The notes under the pieces are model-generated. The model was not told where the DNA came from. It searched no databases and saw only the letters and a program-made list of their open reading frames with translations. The position numbers were made by a program, and so were the translations under genes. Below, piece after piece: positions 28,029 to 42,690 of a stretch of DNA of 64,000 nucleotides (within the stretch, counting starts at the first letter, position 1; each line of letters begins with the position of its first letter). The DNA comes from Eledone cirrhosa (lineage: Eukaryota), in the NCBI GenBank assembly GCA_964016885.1, contig OZ024742.1:363320001-363384000 (forward strand). Direction: 5' to 3'.

Positions 28029-28427
28029 TGTCTTCTCACTCGAAATGTTTTCCCCTGTTCTACAAACGTCAATTTCCAACCTTATATTTTCATATGGAAG
28101 AACCACAAATCATTTTACTCCTTAGAACCAACATACACGAGCTTTGAACGTGTTTTCACGTTACAATGGTTGGATGAAAGCTACGGCCGGGGGATGTGTT
28201 TTAATGAGATGTTGTCAGTTCTATCATAAAAGACATTGAAATGAAGTGTGCTGCTACAAAATACAACATGCAGCCCCAGGAAGTGAGCCCATAATATTAT
28301 AACTGAGTTGAACCCCATTTCCTTCCTCAGAAATATTCAGCTAAAGTCCTTGTTGATATAGTAATGACGAATTGTTTATGGAAAATAAAATTAATACGTA
28401 ACAATGAAGTTCAGATAAATGTAATAT

Positions 28428-28610
28428 AATTGTCTCTACTTTTGGCACAAGGCCAGCAATTCACCAGTGCGTTACTGGTACTTTATTTTATCGACCCCGT
28501 AAGGATGAAAGGCAAAGTAAACCTCGGCGGTATTTCAACTCAGAATGGCAAGGACCGTAACTCTATGCGTCAAAGCATGGCGTCCGACCCTCTACCGATA
28601 CTGATTGCCC
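28428..28610 (-). mobile_element. SINE family 1
   Basis: ggcacaaggccagcaa..ggtactttattttatcgaccccgtaaggatgaaaggc..ctctaccgatac. Confidence 0.85.
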
Positions 28611-30179
28611 TGCATTTCTGAACTCAACTCATCATCCTGAGAGTCTGTACCACAAATGAGGTGTTACAACAATATTTAATTCCCCTTCACAATACTCCAG
28701 ATAAGGATGAGAAACAAAAAAATGTTCAGCTCACTCCTGGGTTCAGCTGGCCTTGTATGCAGTTGAATCGCATATGAAATTTCTTCGGTGTTTTAATAAA
28801 AGGGGGCTCAGTCCCATCATGAAATGCTTTGTGAAATGAAGAACGTTGATCAATAAGTAATCACATCACCCGTTTCAAGAATCGAACACAGGACCCTATA
28901 ATCGTGAGTCTATAAAACTACGAACCTTTACAATACTGCTGACTATACCACATTAAAACTAAACTAAAATGACTGACTTCTTGTCTATCAAGAGAGTTGG
29001 AGTTATTATAATTAAGTATTATAACGACCCTTCACCTACAATGAAGCATTATTGACACTAAGCGCATTATAATTAATTTAAAATGTTACTCTCACACGTT
29101 AGATAATAATCCTTCATTTAATATTTAATATGCTATGATTTATATGTTACTTAAGATATTTTACATCGGCTACTCTCAAAGTTATAGTTTTTCCTATTCC
29201 GATAGTAGAAAAAATCGTATACCGTCTAAATGTAGTTTGCGAAAGCGTCCTTTGGGGGATTAACCAACATTATTGATAAGGAATATTGTAAAACTGAAAC
29301 TAAATACATTGCATACCTCGACATTATTCAATAAAAGTAATTAAATTATTAATTCAATTTTGTTTTGAAAAGGGGGATTAGCTGACAGAATTAGCGAGCG
29401 TAAAACACTTTCAAATCAACCGTGAACATTGCTACGCCATTGTTTACTGTTTAAAAGAATCTTGTAACAGTTATTTCGCGGATTTTAGAAGACTAGAAAT
29501 TAATGTAAAGTCATTTGAGAATTTGTAACATTTTCCTGTGAAAATTATATCTCAATTTCTTCAAACATTTTTGTATTTTTTTCCAATATAAAACTAGTGA
29601 AGTTTTAACATCATTAGAGCATCCGATCGAATATTTTACCCTATTTGCACCGATTCTCTGCGCTTTGAGTTCTAATCCGACCGAGGTAAACGTCACCTTT
29701 CATCCTTTCAACATCGATATATAAATATGCATTAATACTGGGGTCTTTTATCACTTATATCTCTTTCTCTCTCAAGTATTTTCTCTATTTCTCTGGAAGA
29801 TATATCAGACCTGAAGAAGGATATGCTCCACTAGTTTATTTAATGCCTGAATCATCCCATATTGTAAATGAAAACAGCCTTACGACTACATCAATATTTA
29901 AGGGAACATAGTATGGTAATACAGTGTATAATAGTTATGACAATCTACATGGCACAGTGCGCTAATAGTGTGTATAAGATTGATGATAATCTCCATGGCA
30001 CAGTGTGGTTATCCAAAGTATAACATCGATGACAGTCTACAGACTCCCTTTAATATAATACACTATCATACAGAGAATTGTTTTTTTTACTTCACAAGTT
30101 ATATGTCCTCTGTGCAGTTAAAATATATGTGAAGCAATGAATCCGTCGTTGGATTAATGATGAGCAAGAAGTTGGTTGA

Positions 30180-30440
30180 TAATGAGCTATGATTATGACG
30201 GTGACAATGATGATGATGAAAGTGATGGTGACTTTGATGATGATGAAAGTGATGGTGACAATGATGATGATGAAAGTGATGGTGACAATGATGATGAAAG
30301 TGATGGTGACAACGACAACGACTATGACGATGATAAAGATGAAAACGACTGTAATAATGATGATGGTTAAATTGATGTCGAGGAACAATATATTAAGGTC
30401 ATGAAGATAGTGATGATTATGTTGACTACCTTGATGACGA
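30180..30440. repeat. (GAT)n-derived minisatellite (27-30-bp units gatgatgatgaaagtgatggtgacaat)
   Basis: Direct reading. Confidence 0.85.
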
Positions 30441-31120
30441 TCATAAAACAGCTGGTCAAAAAAGATGCGGCTTGAATCTACGAAATTTCAATTGTTTAGC
30501 TTCAAAGGATTGTAACAGTGGAAACAATAGGAAATCTGTGAAAGAAATTGCATGTGTGAGTGAGGTGGAAACAGAGAGAAAATTGGAGGTTGTCAATGGT
30601 GATTGAAGAAATTCTTTGATTATATTGAAATGGCTAAGCAGCTGATTCTTCTGCCAAATAACCATTTTCTTTGAACGCGGACGTCTTAGAGAATAAGTTC
30701 GAATGAAACAAAGAGAATTATTGGTTAGATAACAGACATGTTCAATAAATAAGAACATGCAATGCTGTTGGATATGGAGCAAAAAACCAAATGCTACAAT
30801 GGGCTTACAGACATGATGGAGAAACCTGCATGTTACAACATGTAAGAATGATTGATTGTAGGTGTATGTATTTTCACAACACCCACACAAACACACGCAC
30901 AAATACACACACACACACACACACACATACACATATATATATATATATATAAAGAGAGAGGGCGAGAGACATTGGGTGAGAAGTAGGGAGAGAAGTATAC
31001 GTCTCACTGATTACTTTTAAGATATTTTGTGTAAAGCAGGAATAAGTTAAAATGTAACCCAACCACCGTCAGCTAACACATTATGTAATGGTCTTTCTCT
31101 CTCTCTTTCTCTCTCTATAC

Positions 31121-31182
<62 letters not shown>

Positions 31183-32426
31183 TTGATATATAGATATACG
31201 TGTTCATCAGTCAACATGTGTGGTTGTTTTTATCACACCCCGTTTGTATGTGTTTTAAGTTGTATTCCTGTGTGAAATCTTAAGAATAACGTTAGATACG
31301 TTAATGTTCTTTAGTGAACAATTCAAATTGTTATATAGTCACCTACCTTCTTCTTTAGACCTATACTACATTATTGCCATAGAAATACAACATATATACT
31401 ATTTTCTTAGTTCCTCGTTTTTCTCTCTTTTTTTTAACGGACTCTTCTCGTTTATCCTTCCTTATAATTTCTCTTTTTCAGCAACAACACATTTCCTTTT
31501 GCGTCTTATTTCCCATACGTTTTTATCGATCTGTCGACTGAAATCATGACATGAAACGCCATTCGTCACGTATCAATCGTTCGCAGGTTTTCCTCCAATT
31601 GTTTCTCTATTCTACCATTTCCCATGTATCGCTTTCTCTTCTGATATATCTTTTATATTTTGAATCTCTTTCAATTGTTGACCTTCTTCTTATATCTCGG
31701 AACCATACCTTAGAAAACACGTTATTCAAACGAGCATTTATATCAAATATATTTTAATATATCATGAAATTTAGGACCATTCAATTATTAGAATAATATT
31801 ATTATGGTATTGCGTTTCTATATTAACTTAATAATTAAAAAAATTTAACATTTCATGAGTATAAAAATATATAAACTGTCTCAAAAGATGTTATTCGCAG
31901 CATGAAATCGATTTCTTCATTTCCCTATGTAATATTTTTTCAAATATTTATATATTTCATCTTATTCTAGATTAATGGATTATGGTTGTGAGGGGAATCG
32001 ACCATAAAAAATAATGTTCTAAAACCCAGGATATATATTGTATTTTATCGATATTGATGATGTGCTTTGGCAATTGGCTATTATTGTTGTTAGTGTTGTG
32101 CTTAGTAAGCTTCAAATTAAAGAGGGGAAAATATATATGAGATAACATAGAAAGAAAAAAGCAAATACCTCAATATTATTCAATAACAATGGAAATAATT
32201 CTCTGAGATCAGACGTATGGTGCCTATCACACGAACTTTTTAAAGTGTTTCATGATTATTTAAATATCTCTTCAGCATTTTATTCAAGTTGTTTCGAATA
32301 TTTTAGCTTCGGTTTCCAATAGTTTTGAGTTATTATAAAACGTATTATAAAACGTAACTTTTGGACATTCTTCATTTGTATTCATTTTCTCCCCCGCCCC
32401 TCTCTCTCTCTATCTCTCTCTCTATG

Positions 32427-32556
<130 letters not shown>

Positions 32557-34129
32557 ATTCACAAGAATCAAAGCTATGTTCAAAGCATTTATTTACTTAC
32601 AATTGTTTCATCCAAACCTAGGCTTGGAATCTTCGGACCATTTTTCAATGTTTGTATACATAATTGACCTCCTTTCCAACGCAAGAGACATACAGATACA
32701 TATATATATATATTGATGTACAGTAGAGTGACATATATTATACTATACTATTTTTGTACAGCAATTTAAATTCAAAATCAAAATCAAAATTAAAATCAAA
32801 ATCAAAATTAAAATACATTCGGCAGATAACACAGATAATGCAAGAGGATAGTTTGATAGTCAGGTCTAGTAGGTAGTATATGCGTTAGTTACACGTGGAG
32901 CATGCAAGTGTGTCTCATTTTCATACTATTATTGTGTGGCAGGGTGTTACACGTAATGCAAGCACTTTAAGCGGGCAAGCAAGATTATTATGGTGGTTGT
33001 AGTGGGAAGGTATTTTTTTGTATAGAACAAAAAAGTATGTCTGCAGAAAAATAAAAAGAAAAAGAAGAAGCAAAAGAAAGTTATGGTTTTCGTATCAACA
33101 AATCATTTTCACATTCAGAAAAAGTAAGATATAGTTTCTACATCCATCACATAAGTAACAATGATTCCGTATTGAATGTTTGATGCATTAAAATAAATTA
33201 TTTTAGCGTATTGAGGCTCAGTGTTATTTAATCCAAGTTTATAGAATAGGTTGATTCTGCTGCGAGAATTTACAGCGGTTTATTACCCGGAAGTATGTGT
33301 GTAATTAAGGGAAGTTAATGCGTAATGGGAGGTAACTAGTCGAATCTCATAACTAAATTCATTGTTCTAACATACATTATAAGGCGCCTCAATTGAGTCC
33401 CTTATATAGACGGTTATACATTTATATCTAGTTTCCAATTTTAAATACAGTCTACTCTATCATGCTGTACTAAAGGTATCTATATTAAGTTGATTACTCC
33501 CATTATATAGTGCTACAATTGAATAGTCCATACAAAGTGCCATGCCTTTATAACAAAGTTCACTGTTAATGCAGTCTTCTCTCAGAACATATCAGGGGAT
33601 CTATTAGAATTGTGTCTACATAACCCCTGGCAAGTTATGGAGAAGCGTATGACTGTTTGCATGGCAAAACAAAATACATCTCTAGGGCAGACACATACAT
33701 CCCCCATTTACAATGTCATTAATCTATCCATCAAGTTATACTTGCATATATAATTCATATATAATTCATACATAATTCATTGCAGCACCCTACATAGAAG
33801 TTAGACAGATCTCTTATGTTAATAAATTAATCTTATATATATCCAATGTTGTCACTCCATATATTTAATTGCAAATGCATAAATAATTCATTGCCGTATC
33901 TATTATTTAAAGTTTATATAGACTGTATTGTATCATCATTTAATTATAAGTAATTGAAAGAAGTTATATTAAAAGTAGGTGTTTATGGGGATATTTTTAG
34001 GGTATAAAGTTATAGATAGATGGAATGATTTGTGTCGAGATAGGGTGGATCAGAGAGTGTGGAGTTGTGGTGTAAGGTGTCCCCTTGAGGTGTGGATTAG
34101 AAGTGGTGATGGGTTCAAGTCCGACATTG

Positions 34130-35437
34130 TTATATATTGGGTTTAAAGTTTTGGAAGGAGTGCCGGAAGCGGTGCTGGCACGACGCAAACACTTCCGATT
34201 TTTTATTAAGGAGGTTATGGTTTGAGAAGATTATAGTATGGGTCTCTAGTAGACAGAGGTTACAGAATTTATTAGGTGGTTTGTACGATGCCGCCTTACC
34301 TATCACTTCCCATTGAAGTGTATAAGATCTATTTCTAGTTTTTAGATAGTGTATGTAGCTAGATAGTGAAGTGGAGTTGGCTAGACTGTTTTTTGAAAAA
34401 ATGGATGTGTGAATTGTTTCTGGTTTTGAAGCAGTTCGAAATAGAGCCTATATAGGTTTCAGAAGAGTTGTTAGTTCTGACGGTGCATGAGTATATGATG
34501 TCCGTGATTAAGCAGTTTTTATCTAAAGGGCAGGTTCTATTAGATCTACAGTTATAATTATTTTCGATGTTAACCTGCCGGTTATTATTTTGTGTAGAAG
34601 TCTGGTTGCTAGGTATTGCATTATGGCTATGGGGGTAGTCGCTCCTAGCGTTATTGCTTTCACTAGTACTATTACTATTATTACTATTGATATTAGGGTT
34701 TGCAGGTATTACGTTGTGTTGAAGGTTTACCCCTGCTGTGTTTTAGTTTGTTGGAAGTAAGTATTAATTTTTCTTTTATTGCTACTAACTATGTGGTATG
34801 CTATGTTAGGCGTGGTAGAGTATGAGATTTTAATGGTGTTTTTATTTATAAGACTATGGTACTTGTGGCCAGATGGGAAGTTTTTATCTAGGAGTGAGAA
34901 TAAAGCCTAGCTACATACATTAGGTTGGTAGAGACGTTTAGATTGAAAGGGGGATTGAAAAATGTATTATTTCTTCTTCTATTTTTGTTTTTTATGTCTA
35001 GTGAGATGCTTCCGTTTATGGTATTTTGGTGTCCTCCCTGGTGTGGGTTACGTTTGTTGCCACCCTTCGTACTAGTGTGTGTGTGGTTATTATTCTTATT
35101 ACTATTTTTCCTCAAGGACATATTGTGCGAAATAATGTTGTAACTATGTGTTTTTATAGGTAGAAACTCGATCCCATTATTATGGCCTGATCTAGCTAAA
35201 GCCTGATTATAGTATTGTGTGTTTTTGCTAAATACGGTTTCGTCATAAGATAGATTAGAGATTCTATTGGATATTCCTTTAGAGATAGAGCTTAATATTG
35301 ATCTAGGGTGGTTAGACTTGGTATCTACGTAAATCAGTTTTTGGTTAGGTTTATGGACTGGTGTATATATATATATATACAGGAACGAGTAGGACCCCGA
35401 CGGCTCAGCTCAAGCCGTTTCGACGGCTAATTCTGAA

Positions 35438-35522
<85 letters not shown>

Positions 35523-35578
35523 CATTATATATATATATATATATATATCGTTAGGTTTATGGAATGGTGTATTGTGGG
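34130..35578 (-). mobile_element. PLE family B (Naiad-like) coding fragment, interrupted by an insertion
   Basis: Minus strand: PFHKPNQKLIYVDTKSNHP..YYNQALARSG..FFNPPF..NKNTIKISYSTTPN..CRSNRTCPLDKNCL..IIYSCTV..TYIG..LNKKSEVFASCQH. The 3' UTR probably continues toward about 33 kb. Confidence 0.85.
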
Positions 35579-35841
35579 GACTGCTGGAAAGCTTCCATTA
35601 CTCATACTTCTCGCCCCCTTCACCACCTCTTCTACGGCTTCGATATAAATACCCCCTCCGCCTCCGTGGTATTTTCTTCGGGGTTATAAGAGGCTTAGCT
35701 CTGTTTCTCGACCGTTATATCGCGTGACTATCTCCCCCTCCGCCTTTTGGGATTCTTTCTCACGTCGTGTAGACGCGTTCTTGAGACTAGTAAAATGGGG
35801 TATCCTCTTGATAAGTCGGCAGACCTCGCAAGGACTCTATA

Positions 35842-35891
35842 TCTTTATGATGATTGTTTTTGTTTATGCCACGAAACTACGTAGTCGAGGA
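35842..35891 (+). ncRNA. Decayed hammerhead in an inverted pLTR-like segment (35580-35965)
   Basis: tcttt-ATGATGA-...gccac-GAAAC-TACGTA-GTC-gagga. Palindrome ACTACGTAGT; C3 is mutated. Confidence 0.5.
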
Positions 35892-35960
35892 ATCTAGGAG
35901 CAGTTTAGGTATGATACATTTTATTACTAATTATATCTAAATGTTTCTTCTCTCTTCATA

Positions 35961-36026
<66 letters not shown>

Positions 36027-36031
<5 letters not shown>

Positions 36032-36422
36032 AGTTATCTCCGTATTTTGACTAAAGAAATTAAAGAAATTATTTAGCCTGATAGTGGGGTTAAGAACCCT
36101 CGGAGAAATGGAAAAAGATGAGTATTGACGTACATGGGAGTCGAACCCACATCTTTGTTTATCCGGACCACTGTGCTACCATTTACACCAACACATCACC
36201 CAACACATGTGTTGGTGTAAATGTTAGCACAGTGGTCCGGATAACCAAAGATGTGGGTTCGACTCCCATGTACGTCAATACTCATCTTTTTCCATTTCTC
36301 CGAGGGTTCTTAACCCCACTATCAGGCTAAATAATTTCTTTAATTTCTTTAGTCAAAATACGGCGATACCTTACATTTCTAATAATTTCAAACCCACTCG
36401 CTGTTTCGAAAATATTCTTACT

Positions 36423-36425
<3 letters not shown>
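36027..36425. mobile_element. Fold-back element headed by a tRNA-like cloverleaf
   Basis: About 168-bp inverted arms in (TA)n, with a 3' tail on the right arm only. Confidence 0.85.
36206..36277 (+). ncRNA. tRNA-like structure, not a functional tRNA (mirror copy on minus at about 36126-36195)
   Basis: D stem GTGT/GCAC, anticodon stem TGGT/ACCA with loop CCGGATA, T arm GTGGG-TTCGACT-CCCAT, acceptor ATGTGT/GTACGT, T5 run at 36287. Confidence 0.7.
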
Positions 36426-36480
<55 letters not shown>

Positions 36481-36586
36481 TATTAATAATATATTTGAAG
36501 ACTAAAATCCAAAGAGGGCTCGATAAGAAGATCCCGTTAAGAGTGAAAGCAGCGATTCTTTGCTTAAACTTTAATCTGTTATTTTA

Positions 36587-36637
<51 letters not shown>

Positions 36638-36972
36638 TTATTATTGAAGCTTTTATAATCTTAAATATTGCTTCCGTTCCTTTTCAATTCTCAGCACTTC
36701 ATATATTTCTGAAGTGAGCGATGTTGCCATAACATTAGATTTGTGTCTCACCGAGACACTGAATCAATATCATCGGATTGAAGAATTATCCAATAAGCAT
36801 CGGATAAAAACAGGAAAAACAACGATCGACATTTGTGAGACATATTTTCAAATTAGGACTGAATTATGCAGATATTTCTGTAAAAATATTCAAAATGGGC
36901 ATAGCCATCATACACATGTGCACACACATACACATGCACAAATATATGTGCAAACATACCCCCCCCCCCCCC

Positions 36973-37011
<39 letters not shown>

Positions 37012-37663
37012 ACTTTAAACACAGATTCCCTATAAATAATAGTAACTTTAGAAAGTCAGAAAAACACACTAGGCACAGAAAATAGTAACCAGTATTCATA
37101 TGAGAAACATGATAGGAAGAAAAGCACAGGGCACCTATACAGAACAACGCTGATATATATTAGTTTAACGCTTGTTAGAGTAGGAAATATGGTTGTACCA
37201 TTTCGGGGGACAATCGTTCTTCAAATTATAGAAAGAGAGATGGAAAAAGAAATGTAAAGTTAGACGTTAGAGATGATGCAAGGTATACAATGTTACAGGA
37301 AAAGACTGCGTGTGTATTTAGTCAGGTATTTTGGTTATAATGGCAACTATAATTATTTTTATATAAAATACGTATTTTTGATTATTTATTTCCTCTTGAG
37401 ATCCATAAAAATAATATTTCAGTTTATAACATGAAATACCACCATGTGTATTAAACACCCACAGGTTAACCTGTTCTTCACCTCCTCTCTCGCCCTCTCA
37501 TTGTATAGTTATATTTATTTATACATTATTTAATCGCTTTCCCTCTATATATATATACAACTACATATGTTAAGTAAACAAACCTGCATGTAATAATATA
37601 TATACATGAAGTATATCATACACAAATGCACACACATGGTCTCACTATCACACTCACACACGT

Positions 37664-37743
<80 letters not shown>

Positions 37744-37799
37744 AAGTAAAATAAAATAAAATAAATAAGTTAAAAATTTAAAATTTGGCTTCGTTTATT

Positions 37800-37854
37800 A
37801 CTGCTATATATATTTCGGTGACAGCCATCTTTGGCTGTGACCTCTTCAGGCAGT
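37800..37854 (-). ncRNA. Canonical-core minimal hammerhead in a short element (about 37740-38045)
   Basis: Reverse complement: actgc-CTGAAGA-ggtcacagcca aaga tggctgtcacc-GAAA-T ATAT A-TA-gcagt-AATAAA. Stem I 5 bp, stem II 10 bp. Confidence 0.85.
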
Positions 37855-38041
37855 CCGAATTAGTGTGGTAGAGGCGGGTACACATTTTGTTGAGGTGTTT
37901 AACTTCGTCAATACTCTGATATGCCCAGTTCCTGGTTGGGTTGTTGTTTCACTGAGGAACTGGAATCATATGAATTCAAACAAACGAATTTCAGCGTCAA
38001 AGGACATCCTTTCCTGCCATTAGTCAGTTGTGAGAACATTC

Positions 38042-38097
<56 letters not shown>

Positions 38098-38219
38098 CAT
38101 TTTTTATATCTTTCTCTCTCTATATATAAATACATACATATGTTATGTAAACACAGCCGTACGTAAGTATATGTTTATATAAAGTATATCACACCCAAAT
38201 ATCATCCAGACACACACAA

Positions 38220-38292
<73 letters not shown>

Positions 38293-39381
38293 CTTACACA
38301 CACACACACACGCTTATATATATATATATATGCACGATATTGTTGTATCTTAGAAATGGAGGAAACTCTACATAAGACAATAACATTTATTACATGTAAG
38401 TAACAAAAAGTAGGAAAAAGGAAATATTACTGTAAGTGAACATTGATGTCTGTTCTGAACATGATTTCCTGAAACAAATTAAATACCAAAAATATAATGA
38501 AAATAGTAGAAAGCATAGCACAACGTTTGTTTTAAACTATGTCGCACAGATTTCCTTTGCCATTTCAAATGTAATATCAGATTGAATGTAGCGAAAGCAT
38601 AATATGTCAGTTTATTTATCTATCTCATTTATCATCGTGCTTTTAAAGCAAAAAAGAAAAAAAGGAAAAAGAAAAAAATGCTAATAATCATATTTCTGAC
38701 GTTGAAGAAGTTGAACGTATTGAAACGTATTGGCTCAACTGAACAAATATGAAATTAGCCTATTGAGTTATGGAGGTCAAGAGTTTGTTTCCAGCAGGTA
38801 GTCAAATACATTTGTCTGGAAATCTTCATCTCATGTCATCTGCCACTTGCACTCTTATCTTTTTGTTCATAACTTTATAAATGATCCGTTTGATGTTCTA
38901 ATAACCTCGACGTGATTAAGCGAGACTCTCGGTTTGAGATACACTAACCCTTTAGTATTTGATATTTGATACACAAATGTTAGCAGTTTTCATAGCAATC
39001 TACCTAAAACTGTTCTCCATTCTGTTATACTGAACTGTTTCTTTTAAACTGATTATATTTACTCAAAACTTGTGCAACGTTAGAAATGTCGTTCTATAAC
39101 TGTATAAAGAGAAAATTAATTATATGTTTAAGCTTTACCAGCTTCTCACAATGACCCGCTGATCATCTGTAACCACCAGGGGCTGAGAGAACTGGTCAAC
39201 CACAAAAAGCGACTTAATTTCACTCATTGCCCCACTTCCTATATACATTTGCGAAAGATACCTCAAAACCAATTATAAACTTGAGAAGGCTTCTTAAATA
39301 CCAGGCGGAAGCGTTAGGCTTCAATATCGGGTTCATATCTTCTCCTTCTTCGTGTTATATATATTATATATATATATATAT

Positions 39382-39507
<126 letters not shown>

Positions 39508-39561
39508 CGTGTGCGTGTGTGTGTGCGTGTGTGTGTGTGTGTGCGTACGTATGTATGTATA

Positions 39562-39610
<49 letters not shown>

Positions 39611-39659
39611 ATGTGTATACTTCATTTAATATATAATACACTCCCTTATGGTAGAGTAA

Positions 39660-39776
39660 TAATTGTTTCTACTGTTGGCACAATGCCAGCAAATTACCAG
39701 TACATTACTGGTACTTTATTTTATCGACCCGGTAAGGATGAAAGGCAAAGTTAACCTCGGTGGGATTTGAACTCAT
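39660..39776 (-). mobile_element. 5'-truncated SINE family 1
   Basis: ggtactttattttatcgacccggtaaggatgaaaggcaaagttaacctcgg..gggatttgaactc. Confidence 0.8.
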
Positions 39777-40185
39777 GTGGCAGAATCGGACTACTTTCTA
39801 GTAGCACGTTGCCTGCCATAGGCCACTATGCTACCCCCCTGCTAGTCACTTGTCATAGTTCTTTCATTCGAAATCTTCACTGACAGCGGCTAGGAAATCC
39901 TCTCTTGAATTTTATTTTTGAATGGAGAAGACTCCTGATGATTTAGGATTTCTTACGATATTCCATTCGGAGTACCGTTATTTTCCTAATGAAACTGTAG
40001 TAGGAACATTAAAGTAAGTAGGTAGAGATGTGTTTCTTAATTTGTTTGCTTTTTCAATACTTCATATTATTAGTCTCTGAATTTGTTTGTTTCATTAACT
40101 CTTTCATTGAACTAAACTCAGTAAAAGTTGGACACCCTGTATATACTTGTATCTATACGCGTGTAGAGATATGTATACTTCTTCA

Positions 40186-40271
<86 letters not shown>

Positions 40272-41170
40272 GTGTGTATATATGCGTGTGCGTGCATTTG
40301 TCTATGTGTGTGTATGTGTAGAGAGAAATGACTTGTTTTCTTAGGGAAATATCTTTCCATTCCCGAAGAGCATGTATGATATATTTTTCTTTTCTAAACT
40401 CAATAATCACAGACACAAACAGACATATATATGCACACATAGACAAACACACTCACACACATACATTCATTGACACACATTTTCGGAAGAGAGACGACAG
40501 GAGACTGTGGTCTGAGTTGAATGTGGGACACGTTTGAATCTTTCAATTATATTTACAACACATCTTTCGTCAGATAAGTGGACTGAAACAATGTGAAATT
40601 TATTACTGAAGGAAACAACGGATTGCTAGGAATAGACACCGCTTTACAATAGTGAATAAAGAACCCTAAACCCTTAACCCCTATGCCTTTACACAGATCA
40701 AATAGATATGAACAAATGTATTTCAGGACCAGTCGTGTCTACCATGACTTATCTTGGGTTTAGTAAATTGACGAACACATAAAATACCTTTCATGTTTAA
40801 AAGGTAAGTGTTTGATGCTATTTCCTAGCTGCTCCAATACCACTCGAAGTCCCGACATTATGATTGAGAACCAAATACCTTAGCCACTAAGTCACACATC
40901 TTAGTACAGTTGATATAGATTTAACGTCGACGTCAAACAAGTTGTCCAACTGCGTTTTTACAAGACGTATAATGTAACGTATTATGAGAGTCTATTGTAA
41001 ATCTATTTCGATATTTGTCAATATTTCTCTTGTATAAAATATATATGAGAAGTTAATAATATAACAATAGGTGAAATATAAATATAGCCAGAGACACAGC
41101 AGGAATCACAATAGGAATTGGTCTATTATTTCGGAACATCTTACGTGTATGTATATAGGAAGGTATGTAT

Positions 41171-42690
41171 GCCTACTACTATAGCAGCAGTCATGGCCAA
41201 TATTGCTCGACAAATGAATTGGAGATAATTATAAAGAATTTATATCTAGTAACATTTATATACATACAGATGCATATCAATGCTTTCCACTGATTGACCT
41301 CGATGTCACGTGATTGATTCTTTTTGAATTTGCCACAGACGTAGAGGCAGTGATTTTCACAATGGCTAGGATTTCAGTCCACGCTTCGCTATTTCCTTTC
41401 CACTGAATTATTTTTTAATAAGTTTCCAGAGTCCTCGCTATGCCTGGAAACTTACATGAAAATAGACTTTCCTGACGACGGAATGCTTTTCAATATATTC
41501 TTCTGAAAATATATTTACTCCATTCCAGAAACTAATTAGTTGGAAGTGATATTTTAGTAAGTAAGTCAATTTTATAATTTTTTTATAATTTTATAATTTT
41601 GTTATCTTACGTCACTCATATTATTGTTCTGCAACCCCATGCATTGAACCACAATGTTACTAAGACAAAACCTATATATTTGCTAGCATTGATATGCATC
41701 TGTATGTATATAAATGTTAATAGATATAAATTATTTATAATTATCTCCAATTCATTTGTCGAGCAATATTGGCCATCACTGCTTCTATAGTGGTAGGCAG
41801 GCCGCTGTCTTATTAACAATTCGCTTTCCACTGATTGACCTGGATGTCACGTGATTGATTCTTTTTGAATTGCCACAGACGTAGAGGCAGTGATTTTCTC
41901 AATGGCTAGGATTTCAGTCCACGCTTTGCTATTTCCTTTCCACTGAATTATTTTTTAATAAGTTTCCAGAGTCCTCGCTATGCCTGGAAACTTACATGAA
42001 AATAGACTTTCCTGACGACGGAATGATTTTCAATATATTCTTCGGAAAATATATTTACTCCATTCCAGAACTAATTAGTTGGAAGTGATATTTTAGTAAG
42101 TAAGTCAATTTTATAATTTTTTTATAATTTTATAATTTTCTTATCTTACGTCTCTCATATTATTGTTCTGCAACCCCATGCATTGAACCACAATGTTACT
42201 AAGACAAAACCTATATATTTGCTAGCATTGATATGCATCTGTATGTATATAAATGTTACTAGATATAAATTCTTTATAATTATCTCCAATTCATTTGTCG
42301 AGCAATATTGGTCATCACTGCTACTATAGTAGTAGGCAGGCCGCTGTCTTATTAACAACTCGCTTTCCACTGATTGACCTAGATGTCACGTGATTGATTC
42401 TTTTTGAATTTGCCACATACGTAGAGGCAGTGATTTTCTCAATGGCTAGGATTTCAGTCCACGCTTCGCTATTTCCTTTCCACTGAATTATTTTTTAATA
42501 AGTTTCCAGAGTCCTCGCTATGCCTGGAAACTTACATGAAAATAGACTTTCCTGACGACGAAATGCTTTTCAATATATTCTTCGGAAAATATGTTTACTC
42601 CATTCCAGAACTAATTAGTTGGAAGTCATATTTTAGTAAGTAAGTCAATTTTATAATTTTTTTATAATTTTATAATTTTCTTATCTTACG

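Noticed and set aside
29805-29890. CTGAAGA...GAAAAC hammerhead-like remnant
   Set aside because: Stems I and III do not pair convincingly; at best a heavily decayed copy.
30176-30404. Asp-rich or Met-rich ORFs
   Set aside because: Translations of a (GAT)n minisatellite.
30456-30870. Possible old RTE-LINE remnant (KLEVVN-like) or 183-aa minus-strand ORF
   Set aside because: Too degenerate to call; the minus-strand ORF is partly microsatellite.
36206-36277. Functional tRNA-Ser(GGA) gene
   Set aside because: C at position 33, mismatched stems, no long variable arm, truncated 5' end, and embedded in a mobile palindrome.
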